Assembly (NCBI RefSeq): GCF_009834535.1
Contig: NC_045697.1
Location: forward strand, 94,552,001-94,616,000
Source of the DNA: Camelus ferus
Taxonomy: Eukaryota
Direction: 5' to 3'
Length of the DNA stretch: 64,000 bases
Shown here: in pieces, positions 37,299 through 49,143 of the stretch
Layout: the number at the start of each line of letters is the position of its first letter
How positions within the stretch are numbered: the first letter of the stretch is position 1
The notes under the pieces: model-generated
Seen by the model: only the letters and a program-made list of their open reading frames with translations
Database searches by the model: none
What the model was told of the DNA's origin: nothing
Made by a program: the position numbers and the translations under genes

Positions 37299-37679
37299 TT
37301 ATTAATTGGCTTAATTTCAATACTGTTATTTCTCAGGGAATAGACAGAGGGAGAGAGATGAGGGTACACCCATTCAGTGGAGCAGTCAGAACATACTCTT
37401 ACATGGCTGCAGTTTGTGGAACCCCAAAACAATTAATATAGTGCCATTAAAGATTACTGATCACAGATCACCATACCAAACGAGATAATAACAAAAATGT
37501 TTGAAATACTGTGAAAATTACCAAAATGTGATGGAGACATGAAATGAGAAAATGCTATTGGAAAGATGGCTCCAACAGACTTGCTCAACACAGGGTTGAC
37601 ACAAATGTTCACTTTGTGAAAGATACAGTATCTGCAAATCACAATAAAGTAAAGTGTAAAAAAGTGAGGGCTATCTGCA
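37299..37679 (-). mobile_element. Tigger1 (TcMar-Tigger) 5' end fragment
   Basis: Revcomp matches the Tigger1 5' end: GATCACAGATCACCATA...TTTGAAATA...AATTACCAAAATGTGA...AGACTTGCTCAACACAGGGTTG...CAGTATCTGC. Confidence 0.9.
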
Positions 37680-37894
37680 CTCTGCATTGTGGAATATTCA
37701 ACTAGTCACACTTAAGAGGTGTGTATATGCTAAAAATAGTCTAACTAGTCAAGGAACTTAAAGTACCAAGCCACTTGACTAGTAGATATAATCATTTGAC
37801 GAGCTGTCAGGATAATTCTTTTTTACACTCATGTACATACATAAACACATTTAAACATTCTCATGAAAGTTCATTAGGCTTCATGCCTGAATAC

Positions 37895-39055
37895 ATTTGT
37901 TAAGTCATGTAACAAATACTTTTCAAGAGTCTACTGTATGCCAAACAGTGTGCTGTACTAGAGTACGTGGGAATCAGCAAGGCAGACTCAACCCCAAGTG
38001 TTTAGAGTTTACAGGCTAACAGGTGAAGAAACAAAGTGATAAACAAAAGATAAATGTCATTGGATATGGTGGTGATAACAATGAAAGAAAGGCTCCAATG
38101 CACAACGCCATGGGGTGCCTTTTCTGGATCAATAGTATGGGAAAGCCCCTCTGAGGAGCTGACATTTAGACAAGCCCTGAGGATAAGAAGAAGCCAGAAA
38201 TGCAAATATTTGAGGAAAATACTCCCAGGAAGAGTGAATTATGTTTATTAAAGGCCTGATCCAGGAAAGAGCTTACTTATCTTGGGAATTAAAAGAACAA
38301 TGTGTTTAGAATAAATTGTATAGTAAGACTGTTTTAAAATGAAACGGATGCATGTGATAGATTATGCAAGACCTTCTAAATCATATTTAAAGGTGTTAGA
38401 TATTATTATAAGTGCAACTAAGAAGCTATTGAAACAGTTTCACAAACTTGGTAGGACTGCAGACCAGCCTGAAAGTTATTTTAGTGTTCTGGTGAGAAAT
38501 ACACCTTTGTCTCTAAGGTCATGGCAGTAACAGTGAAAAATAAGTAAATGAATATGAGAAATTAGGTGAGACAATTTTATGGAATCTGATGATGGATGTA
38601 ATTAAGTAAAAGAAAGAGCAGGGTTAAGGATGACTCCCAAACTTCCTCTTAAGGTGAATGGTAATAGTATTAAAGTTGGTAAGAAAAATAGAGAAAGAAA
38701 TTAATTTGAATGGAAAGGAAATCAAGAATTTGGCTTTGGGTCTAAGTTTAAACTTCTTAAGACATATTTTATTCCAGATGTGAAAGGTGGACAAGTTAGT
38801 ATGGAACTCAAAGAAGTGATAGGCTCTGGGATACACATCTGGTTCACCCTTACAAAGAGATCACTTAAACAATCTAAAATGAGAAGGCAAGGAGAAGGGA
38901 AGAAATCTCAGAGCAGAGAATTAAGGAACTCTTCTATTTAGAGGTGGATGGAAGAAGAGGACCTAGCCAAGGAGACAGAGCAAGAGTTGCTAGAAGACAG
39001 GAAATGTTGAGGCACATATCTCAAGAGAAAAGGTTGCAGAGAAGTAGCAATATCC
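37895..39055 (-). mobile_element. L2 (~1.1 kb)
   Basis: AACAAATACTTTTCAAGAGTCTACTGTATGCCA...CCTCTGAGGAGCTGACATTT...TTAAGGATGACTCCCA...GGAAATCAAGAATTTGGCTTTGG. Confidence 0.85.
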
Positions 39056-39069
39056 CAAGAAAAAATTAA

Positions 39070-40730
39070 TGGTTTACTGACAAATATTCTTACAATTGGA
39101 CAGAAGACAGTATCAGAGGATACAGGCAGAAGTACAAGGAGCTCTGTGCTTCTCTGTGAAAATTCTCTGTGAACGTCTCTGTGCTACTCTGAAAGCATCA
39201 CGGAGTCCCTGGGATGTGACACCAGGATGTGGGCAAGCTGTAGGAATGTGATTTGATGCAGGAATCTAGGTTTCAACGTCAAGGATTATGACTTAGAGAC
39301 TATGATGAGAACCAGTTTAGAATTTGGGGGGTTCACAATATAGCACCTTTTTCTCTGTTTCTGTTCAGTAAAAACGTGAGACAATAGACAGAAAAGAGTT
39401 AAGCAGATCACTTTTGTGAACTAAAAATACTGTAAACCATATCAGTAAACAAAGAATGCTGAAGACATCAAGTCATCAGCGGCTGCCGCCACCCCCCAGT
39501 GAAGACAAGCCTGCAGCCCGGCCTCTGCAGCCACTCACAATGGTGCACCCTGAGGGGACTCAGAATAAGAAAGGACAGGATACTGGCCCTAGATAGCTAG
39601 GTGCTTGTCAAAGGAATGAATACAATGAGCCCAGACATTTGCTTCCTCCCATACACAGAAAAGCACTAGATTCTTTAACTTCAGATGCCTGGTTTTCTTT
39701 AGATAACAAGTAATCTTTTATTGTTCCAACTACCTGGTCTTTGTTGTAAAGCTCCTATATATCCTAGCTCCTCCCCTACCTCTTCGGAGCAGTCCCTCAG
39801 AGCCATCTGAGAGGCTCTCATCCCGGCTCCAGTCCTCCCGCCAAATAAAACATAACTCTCAACTTTTAGGCTGCACATTTATTTCAGTCAACTGTTTATT
39901 ACCGATAGAACCTAGATTGGCAGTTAGGCCTACGATAAGCGTCTTGGTAGCGAAACCCAGAATTGGAGTCTTATCCATTGAATCACAGGAGTAATCACAG
40001 GCTTTCCATACAGGGGGCTGATCCATATAAGACATATAGCATGGTAGAGTAGAGCAGAAAATGTGCTTTTATTGGGCTTCAGGCTTTCAAACTCGCCATT
40101 TCAACAGTTAATCCAACTTCCCTTGTGATGTAGACCATGAGGTAATGGAGCTAGAGACTAGGAGTGTTCAGAGAAATCTCACTTCATGGAACCAGTAGAG
40201 ACAGTGTGGGGAAAGCCAACCTCCTCACACCCCAGCAGACATGCTCACTGGTACTGTGATAGATATCAAGTTCCTGGCCAAGAAAAAAAGACAGGAGGGA
40301 GCTAGTAGAATTGGAATAGAGGTCAGAGTGAACCCATTCTCTAGGATGTCTCCAGGCTGAGTAACGGAGCTACTGAGCAAGCGTTCATCAGCTTCACCCC
40401 CAGTAGCGACAGGATTGAACCTGGAGACTGAAGGAGATCTGACTTACAGGGGCTTTAAGTGACTCCAGCTGTGAGTAGAGGGAATTTTGCCCATGAACAC
40501 AAACAGACCATGGCCATGGATAAGAAGGCACTACGGCAACCAGAAAACTAACAGGTGGGTTCCCTTCTAATAGAATAAAAAAGGAAACCTACACTCTAGG
40601 CAGCATAAAAGAAAACTTATGATCAGAGAAATGAGGAATCCTGTTTCCAGGTGTAAGGTAAAAGATATAGGGGATTTTGATTCTGCGCAGTTTTATTTAT
40701 TTAGGAAATGATTTTCATTTAAAAAGCTCA
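39070..40730 (-). mobile_element. probable ancient long LTR (LTR78-like, tentative) split by a younger LTR
   Basis: GC-richer non-coding block; minus strand starts TG at 40730; minus-strand AATAAA near 40070; family assignment from memory only. Confidence 0.3.
39362..39891 (+). mobile_element. ERV1-class solo LTR (cetartiodactyl MER41-like)
   Basis: TG start, TATA-like TATATAT at 39756-39762, AATAAA at 39844-39849, ends ...TTTCAGTCAAC; some CpGs retained; TSD not clean. Confidence 0.8.
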
Positions 40731-40769
40731 AGGAGGATATGGCAGTTTAAAAAATTACAAATAAGCAGC

Positions 40770-41585
40770 ATATTAATCAGAATGTTTGGGCTGAAAATGG
40801 CAAAATCCTAACTCAAACTGCTGGTGTCTAATAGGAGAAAAATTTTAAAGGGAATTTGTTGTTGTATCTGGGAAATCAGGTATGGTAGGTTTGTCACAGC
40901 TGACAGGGACATACAATGTAAGTTCAGAACTCTATATAATCTTTTCTCATGCTGTGTTCTCACTCCTGTTTCCTTCTCACTCTGTATGGACTTGACATAA
41001 AACTTTATGTAAGCTTCTCTATGAACTAAGACCCAGGAGATGGCCAGAGAGAGCTGGAGGCAAGGCCACCACTGACTGGCCTGTATGGAGCTTCTGTGTG
41101 AATTTGAAAATGTATGTATGTCGGTAACTCAATTATCAAAACATACTTCTTCAAAACAGGACCAGCCATGTGAGCTAGATAATAACCAGTCATAAAAAAA
41201 ACACGTCTCTTCCTCTGGTGGAAGCAGCCCTGTGTCAAGGCACGTGGCCTGTCAAGCAGCATTCAGGCTGAATTTGATCTTCCAATCACCCATCTGTTTG
41301 TGCCTAAGTGCAGTTAGCAGGAGTCCCTAGGGCCAGGCTTACATTATCCCACCAAACAACCCAAAGAAATAGAAAACTCCTTCTCATGGCATACACATAT
41401 GTAATTAAAGAAAAAAAGACTAATTGCTTAGATCAATGTGGTCATGAATTAAGATGCTTTGATTAGTCAGGCACCATTGGAAACACAGGACAAAGAGGGT
41501 GGGCATTCTGCCAAAAGCCCAGGGTGTTGTTGCCACAAAAAGGAAAGAAGGGCTGCTGTGCTGAGTAAATCAAGACAATTGTTCC
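40770..41585 (-). mobile_element. old MLT1 (J/K-like) LTR, interrupted at ~41060-41330
   Basis: TATTAATCAGAATG...CCTAACTCAAACTG start; ATGCTTTGATTAGTCAGG...GGGTGTTGTTGCCACAAAAAGG...GGCTGCTG end. Confidence 0.6.
41060..41330. mobile_element. possible hAT-Tip100 (FordPrefect-like) fragment
   Basis: CAAGGCCACCAC...CTGTGTGAATTTGAAAA...CTTCCTCTGG..GCAGCCCTGTGTCAAGGCACGTGGC resembles the recalled consensus. Confidence 0.35.
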
Positions 41586-41696
41586 CTGCCTCCCATAGCT
41601 AGCCTGCCCCCTCCCCACAAAAGACATTTAGAGAATGCATATGCCCTCTCAAGAAAATTCTTCTCTTAGATTCTAAACATGTTCACAGTTCTCTAA

Positions 41697-41733
41697 CTCA
41701 CACACATACACGAACACACACACACACACACAC
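41697..41733. repeat. interrupted (CA)n microsatellite
   Basis: CACACACATACACGAACACACACACACACACACAC. Confidence 0.9.
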
Positions 41734-41759
41734 TCTAAAACAAACAACAAATTCCTATC

Positions 41760-43115
41760 TCTAAATATCACCCTCCAGTTATTGGGCCACTGCTCTTTTT
41801 TCTTCTCTCTTTCACATGCAGATTTCTGAAAAATGTCTCCTAAATTTGCCACCTCCACTTCTTTTTCTTTCACTTCTCTAGCTCAGTCTATGCATTCTCA
41901 AGTCAAATTCTACTAAAACAGTTTTTGTTAAGGCTACACACAACCGTGTTGTTGCTAAATCCAAGAAATGTTTTTCAGTTTTCACCTAATTTGACATCTT
42001 GACAGAATTCGACTTCTTGAAGACGTTTCTTCCCTTGAAAAAAGTGACTCCATACTACCTTAATTTTCCTAGCATCTCTGGACCATTTCAGTGCTCCTTG
42101 CAGGCTCATCTTCCCTCTTCCAGCTGTTCAACGTGCGGGCACCGTGGATCTTGGTGCTTGGCTCACTTCTCTTTCCTCACTTTATATTCCCCCTAAAAGT
42201 AATCTCATCCATGGTTATGTCTCAGAATAGAGGTGTACAGAGATGGCTAAAACTCTGTACCTCCAGCCAGAGAATTCCCTATGGGCTATAGATCCCATAC
42301 CAATTGCCATGCTCTGAGGGTCTTAGAGCACCTTTAATTAAACACGCCCTAGTTAAAAACAAGTTATTTTTCCCTTCTTCCTCCACCAAGCATGCACACA
42401 TGCACTGACACAGTCTTCCTCTGGTGGAACTGTCTCAGAGTGTGGTATCGCCACCTGCCACCACTCATGACTGCTGTCTCCTCTCCCTTACCGCTCATAT
42501 TCAGTGTATTTCTACCTCCTATAGACTTAATAACTAAGTATTTCTTGAATTTATCAATATAATTTCATCTTAATTATCACTGTAAGAGCCAACTCTACTG
42601 TCACCTCACACCTGGAACTTCACATTCACCGTCAATAGGTTCCCTACCATCTTCTCCTCTGTCTTCCAACCTCTTCTTTCCAGTATAGCCAAAGACATTT
42701 TCTGAAATTCAAATAATATTGCTCATCAACCAAAATTGAATGCACTTCCTAAAACATCCCACACTGTTTGTTCCTATCTAGTTCTGTGACTCAATTTTGT
42801 ACCACCTCCTATCACTGTCTTTCCAGTCAAGAGTCATGGGCCTTCTTTCAGTTTTTTATATGTGTTTCCCCCTTATACCACAGGACTTTTGCACATATTC
42901 CATACTTTTCATTATGAAGGAAATGATTTTTCTTGCCATTCTTACCTGGTAATCTTAGGTGTTACAGATTTCAACTAAATTGTCATTTCTTCAAAGATGT
43001 GTTGTCTGACTTTCTAAATGGGGTGAAATCTCCGTAGTATGCCTACTGAAGGATTCATGTATGACTCATTCACAATACTCCTTACATTTGTAATTTTGAA
43101 TTTCATGTTTGTTGA
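41760..43115 (+). mobile_element. L2 including decayed RT region
   Basis: TCTACTAAAACAGTTTTTGTTAAGG...GTTGCTAAATCCAA...TTTGACATCTTGACAGAATTCGAC is a relic of STETAL.KV...AKS...LDLSAAFD, continuing to the L2 3' region. Confidence 0.85.
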
Positions 43116-43499
43116 AAAAAATGAATTAGCAACATTCAAACAATTCCTTTACTACCATAACCCCACATACAAAATAAACCATGCTCAACTATCTGCAAAG
43201 TAGACATCTCCAGATCTCTACCAACTACTGTATCTAATTGCAGCACTAGGACCTGTGGGTTATGTTCAACTTCATTGCTTAGACACAGACGTGGTTCCTT
43301 ACGATCTAGCAACAAAGGCCTGAATGGTGCAATGTGTATTTTACTGGATCCAATATCATTGGTGGCATAATAATCCCATTAGTTGGGAGAGCTTAAAATG
43401 AATAAACAAACTCTAGTTGCTAGTTTAGAACTTAAACTGTACTGCTTATTAGTATTAATGAACTCTTCCTTTTCTGACAATGGAATGAACTCCTTGGTC

Positions 43500-44440
43500 A
43501 GAGGTAGCAGAGGTGCCCCCAGATCTCCCTGCTTCATACCCTAAGACTGAAGAACTCATTTTTCTAAGTGCAGGCAGGAGTCTCACTCAAGAGCTCCCAG
43601 ATGGATCCATGTCTCAAAGTTATTTTGGATGAATAAAGCTGCTTTACCCGAGGTCCCACATCCCCTTCCCTTCATGAGAGCATCTCATATCAAGAGACTG
43701 GTTGATGCAAATATACAAATTCCTAGACCCAGTCTCTCTATCTGGGACAATTCTTTAAAGAATCTGTGTTCATTTGCCAGAGCTGCTGTAACAAAGTACC
43801 ACAAACGGGGTCCTTAGATGATAGAGATGTATTGCCTCACAGGTCTAGAGGTTAGAAGTCTGAGGTCAAGATGGTCAGGATGCCACCAGGATTGTGTGGC
43901 TTATTTCTGAGGGATGTGAAGGAAAATTTTGTTCCAGGTCTCCCTCCTACCTTCTGGTAGTTGACTGGAAATCATTGATGGTCCTTAGCTTTTACTGAAT
44001 CATCCTGATCTCTGCCTTCATCTTCCCACTGCATTCTCTCTTCTCCCTGTGTGTGTGTCCCCAAATTTCCACTTTTATAAGGACATGAGTCATATTGGAG
44101 CAGGGCCCACCCTATTCCACTCTTGCCTCATCTTAAGTAATTACATCTGAAACAACCCTATTTCCAAATAAGGTCACATTCTGCGGCACTGTAGTTTAGG
44201 ACTTCAATATGAATTTGGGGAAGGACACAATTCAATCTATCCCACCATTCCAGCTCCAGAGCCACCATGGTAACAGCTGAGGTATCTGTTGCCACTGATT
44301 CAGAGCTTAAATTTTAGTTTTTCCACCATCCTTTTCCTTCAATCTCCCACACATGTTCATCCCCAAAATTCTAGTCAATATCTTTCATGAACTCGACTCT
44401 CTAGCTAAACTTCTGCTCTTGGAGAATCTGACTTGCAATA
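43500..44440 (+). mobile_element. LTR16-family (ERVL) LTR split by MLT1C
   Basis: GGTGCCCCAGATCTCC...GACTGGTTGATGC...GGGACAATTCT, then resumes CCATTCCAGCTCCAGAGC...GCTGAGG...GAATCTGACTTGCAATA. Confidence 0.8.
43765..44244 (-). mobile_element. MLT1C (MaLR) solo LTR
   Basis: GCTGCTGTAACAAAGTACCACAAAC...TATAAGGAC...AGTCATATTGGA...CCCTATTTCCAAATAAGGTCACATTCTG...GGACACAATTCAA. Confidence 0.9.
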
Positions 44441-45390
44441 TTTTTGCACTGGAAGTGGCCTAAGACAGCAGACCATAAAATAGGATTTTGGAGCTGGGAC
44501 AGTTGCTGATCAACTGGCTTAGATATAACATAACAGGTGATGGGTAACAGCTGCAGATGGATAGCTCTGACATATATTAGTATTACAATCGTGAAAATTT
44601 TCTGCAGAGCTTGACTGGGTTGGCACATGGATGGATCTGTGGGTGCAATGTATCAGTAATTTATAAAATATGGGGCAATAATAGTTATAAGCACTATGAA
44701 GTGTAATGGTTATTTTAGAGCAATTGATGATTTGGAAAATGACAAAAAATGCTGAGGGAGGTTGATCACTAATAAAAAACAATTAACTGTGAATGATAAA
44801 GAGCCTCTTTGGATTCATATAAATAGATTCTCATCACCTGAAACTTAGAGGCAGACAAATATGACAACCTGGCTCTAGACTTAACGATAAAAGTAGCAGA
44901 ACTCCAGATAATGGTGTATTCTAGATCTCATCAGTTCTAATATGCCAAGGTTGGCCCCTTCATTGGAGACAAGAAACTTTATGAGATTTGGGATAGGAAC
45001 ATTTGGGCTAATGTATCTGAAAATCTTGAATCCTCAGATTCACCTAAACCTCTAGAAATTTAGAGTTATTCCATCCTTCCCTATTAAAACTATCTTTTAC
45101 CTGAATATGTTGCAGAGACCTCTGCCTTGCAAGACAACACACACTCCCCTGATTAAGATATGCCCACCTCCCTCCTGATTACCATGCCAGCAACTAGCTA
45201 TGTGAAAGGATGATCCTACTAGAGGAATGCTGGGTTTCTTAACTGTAAAAAAAAGAACTACATCTCAAAATAGCGATAGGAGGTGGACAACATATACTGA
45301 CAGTTGCCAGAAGAAGAGATATGAGGGTGAATCCTGCAGTGAGTAGATCAAGGGAGGTAGAAGAGAAAGTTGAAGAGGAAAGTTTGGCAA
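44441..45390 (+). mobile_element. ERVL internal remnant (ERV3-16A3-int-like leader/gag)
   Basis: Directly follows the LTR16: GGAAGTGGCCTAAG..AGCAGAC...GGATTTTGGAGCTGG; TTGGGATAGGAACATTTGGG, GTTGCAGAGACCTCTGCCTTGCAAGACAAC; no ORF. Confidence 0.7.
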
Positions 45391-45424
45391 TCTGTCCCCA
45401 TGTTCTTTTTTTACATAATTGTAA

Positions 45425-45885
45425 TTAAAGAAAGAAATTTTCCTATGTAAATGAAGAGATTGACCACATTCATGGGTAGGAAAAATTAATATCATAAAGA
45501 TGCATCCATTGATCCAAGTAAGTGTTAGGTACTTTTCTGAGAAATTGGGATACCTCAGCAAGTCAAATAGAATGTAACTTTCTAATTCCAGCTTTCCATA
45601 ATAGAACTTGATAAAGTTAATGCAATTCTGATACAAATGACAGCAGTACTATTTCCTGAGAAATGTAATGAGTTAATATACAGTTCAAATGGAAGAGTCA
45701 AAGACCAAATACAGCCAATTGAAACAAACAAGCAAAAAGTAGAGGGAAACACTGAGGAAGATGAGTAGAAGGAAGAACAAAGACACATCACATAAACAGA
45801 ATCACTGTAAGGCTCTCAATTAAAACTCTCCAGTCCTGGAACAGGGACATTTCAACAGATACAGAAACCAGAGCCACATTGCTGT
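45425..45885 (+). mobile_element. old L1 ORF2 fragment
   Basis: ATTCATGGGTAGGAAAAATTAATATCATAAAGATG; GAACTTGATAAAGTTAAT; AAATACAGCCAA. Confidence 0.65.
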
Positions 45886-46334
45886 AAGATTGTATCCCAT
45901 GGCCTGGGTTTTGTGTATTAATTCCCTGAGAATATAGTTCTAGTGCCCTGGCGTTTAATAGAAATTATTAATTGAATTCACAAGGCGGTCCTGTCAAATT
46001 ACCAGATAAAAATAATATTATTGAAAAAACCACTTTTGCAATGAGATCCAATATTTTTTAGAGAAGATGAAGCCTAATATGACTAATATGGCTTATTTTG
46101 CTAAAAATAGTTTAAAAATAATTTCAGTTTATTAAATATTGAAGCTAGTGTCAATTTGTTTAGTTCACTAAACTCGCAACACCAGGGTCTTCTTCTTTTG
46201 TGAAAAGTAAGATGTTTAGACTAAATGATTTCTAATCTCTCTTTCTCTTATAGATTACCATGATCCCTGTTTTTCTTCCAGTGTTATTTGTGTCTCAATT
46301 TCCTAGCTTTAATTTGGCTCAGAAATAGAATCTT

Positions 46335-46555
46335 TTTTGTTTTTTTTTTTTCACAATTATTACCTGTTTTATAGAACCTATCATATTTCCTATGTGCACC
46401 TATTACTGTTTTTATTTGCTTCTCTCCATTTCCCTGAGAATTGTGAGATATCTGCAAATATTTCTTTTATCATCTGTCTCTCCATTCTTAGGCCCCACCC
46501 ATCAAAGTGTCTACACCCTGTAGGAAAACAGGGTTTTGTTTAATGATTGACCAAT
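46335..46555 (+). mobile_element. L2 3' end fragment
   Basis: GAATTGTGAGATATC...TTTATCATCTGTCTCTCCA...GTGTCT. Confidence 0.5.
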
Positions 46556-48739
46556 TTTTTTCTATAGGAACTGAAATCTAGGCTTTTAAAATGTCAAACC
46601 CAGACCTTAACCTTTCAGACAAATTGGCAAACACTCATTTATACTCAGTTTTTAAAAACAGAAGCCTTTACATATAGAGCTAATTGGCTTCTACCTGTAT
46701 AACACAATTACCCTTAAAAAGGTGTTTTCTTTGTACCAAACCACTGGTTGAAATTATAAACGTTTGCCGGTAAAATGTTGGAAAGGGTTTATTACCTTTT
46801 TTATTAGTATAGATTGTGTTTTAAATTGTCTTCTCTGACCTGAAATGGAAATGCAAAACCAAATTCCCAGTGACCTCCAAAACATAAAGCAGGATGACTA
46901 TTTGATTCAGGAGCTAGGCTAACAGTCTCTTTGTTAATTTTATTAACCAGAATCTTCCTTCTTTCTCTAGTGGGAATGAAAATAAACATGTACAAGGTAT
47001 CTGTTAAACCCAGAAAATACAGTAAGAGGACAATATGCCAAGAGTTGAACCAGGCAAAAGAGTTATATCTACAGAAAGCCTTTAACCACTTACTTGTAGC
47101 TTCTGGCTGACTTGCTGGGAGCTATACTGACAATATTTTGGTCACCTCAGTTTTACTGAGATATTGATATTCCCTGAGAGAATCCTGGAAATAGGATATT
47201 CTTTCCTTTTTCATTAATCAAACCCCAAGTATTTCATAGCAAAATTTGAGACCTTGTCATGAAATTGTCTACTTTTATGAAGTGTCCTATTAATTTAAAA
47301 AGACATAACCATCTTAGAAATGTAGCTATCTTCCAAATATCCTTTGATATACTTATTTACATAGCCCCTCTGCTGCTCTGACTTCATTAAAAATCACCAA
47401 GAATAGTAACCAATATTAGCAGGATCCACCACACTGTGTCATAAAGGTAACATGTGTTGAAGGTTTATTAGTGAAATACTTTTAAGCAACCCTCAATTAA
47501 GCTTTATATGACTTAGTACTGAGCTTTGTAAAATATACTTTGGATCAATAAAAAATAAAATATGTTTAAAAATAAAATACAAATTGCATCTGATATTGAT
47601 TGACAAGGTCTGGTTTCAGTTTTCTCTAAGCCATAAAATAATAATATATTGAAAACAATTCTTTTGAACAAAATGGATGTACTAAATTCCTAATGCAATT
47701 CGGCATCAGATTTTAACTCTAAGTAGTTATTTAGCAGAATCAGCAGTTTAGCCTAATAAGAAAAAAAAATAGTCTTTTAATTATGACAACTTGGTTTGTT
47801 GGACATGTGACTCATTTTTTTTTTATCATAATTGCTCTCAATTATTTTTAGTATAATTTGAGGCTGGAAAATAATTATAGAGGCAAAAGAAATAATATGC
47901 ATTTCTTGATATTTGAAACTCATAAAAGAACACTAATCCAATGTGATTGAGAAGATGAAATTTAAATGCTTATCTTTCAAATTGATGTCCCATGACTACT
48001 TATTAGTTTCATTTTACTGAAATACTAATAACATTAGCTATTTGTGTATCACAAAGAAAGTAAATAAGAAACATGGAACTTTTATTATGGAATTATTATC
48101 TTTAAATTATATGGAAAATTTTAAAATAATTATGATTCAAATTAACATATATTATGTGCACATTAACATATATTAAATACATGACTGAATGAAGACATAA
48201 AATTCATGAGTTAATACCCTCTTCAACATCAAAGGTACTAATATAACTGAGGAAATTAATTTTGCCTTGTCATCCAAAACTTTATAAAATAAAATAGAAA
48301 CTCATGTCTGAAGTATTTCCCACAAAAATAAAATAGGCAAAAATAAATTTTCTATTTCAACATAAGATATTTTTAAACTAAATTAAGGAGATAAACAGAA
48401 ATAGCTAATTGTCTTAATTCTTTTGCACAAATATAGTTATATAAGTCTGACCAACTTACTTATGTCATAAGTGCTATAATTTAAGACAAAAGCTGATAAC
48501 CTTGCTGTTTAATAAGCAGGAGACCAATGTTGTCAAAATTCATGTTTAAAATCTCCCAATAATTCTGCCATAGTCCAAGACAAATTTTATGCACCAAGGG
48601 AAACAAGAAATAATCACCTACTTGAAGTCTAATTAAACTCCTAATGCATTTAAGTTGTACTTGTTCACCAATGGCTAAATATGCATAATAATAAAACTCT
48701 TTGTATAAGAAATGTAGTGCCCACATTGAACAAAGCGTT

Positions 48740-49067
48740 TGTCTCAGTCATTTCAGGCTAGCTCTTACAAAGTCTCAAAGACTGGGTAGCTTAAACAATA
48801 GAAATTTATTTGTCACAGTTCTGAAGGCTGAGAAGTTCAGAATCAAAGGCAGTGATAGATCCAATGTCTAGTGAGGATCCTGACATGTGAGGATACAACT
48901 TAGGAAGAGAGAGAGGAGCCTCTCCTTTCTCTTCTTATAAGGGCATTAATCCCATTCATAAGAACTCCACCCTCATGACTTAACTATCTCTTGCTACCAC
49001 CATCATATTGAGAGTTAGGATTTCAACATATGCATTTTGGGGAGACATAAGAATTCAGTCCGTAACA
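48740..49067 (-). mobile_element. MLT1A/A0 solo LTR
   Basis: TG...CA ends; GACTGGGTAGCTTAAACAATAGAAATTTATT...TATAAGGGCATTAATCCCATTCAT...TTAGGATTTCAACATATG...CAGTCCGTAACA. Confidence 0.9.
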
Positions 49068-49143
49068 GTTTTTAATATAGAATAACAAGACATTTCAAAT
49101 ATTTACTTTGCTGGTGATGAATATTTTGGAGGATAAAATGAAA

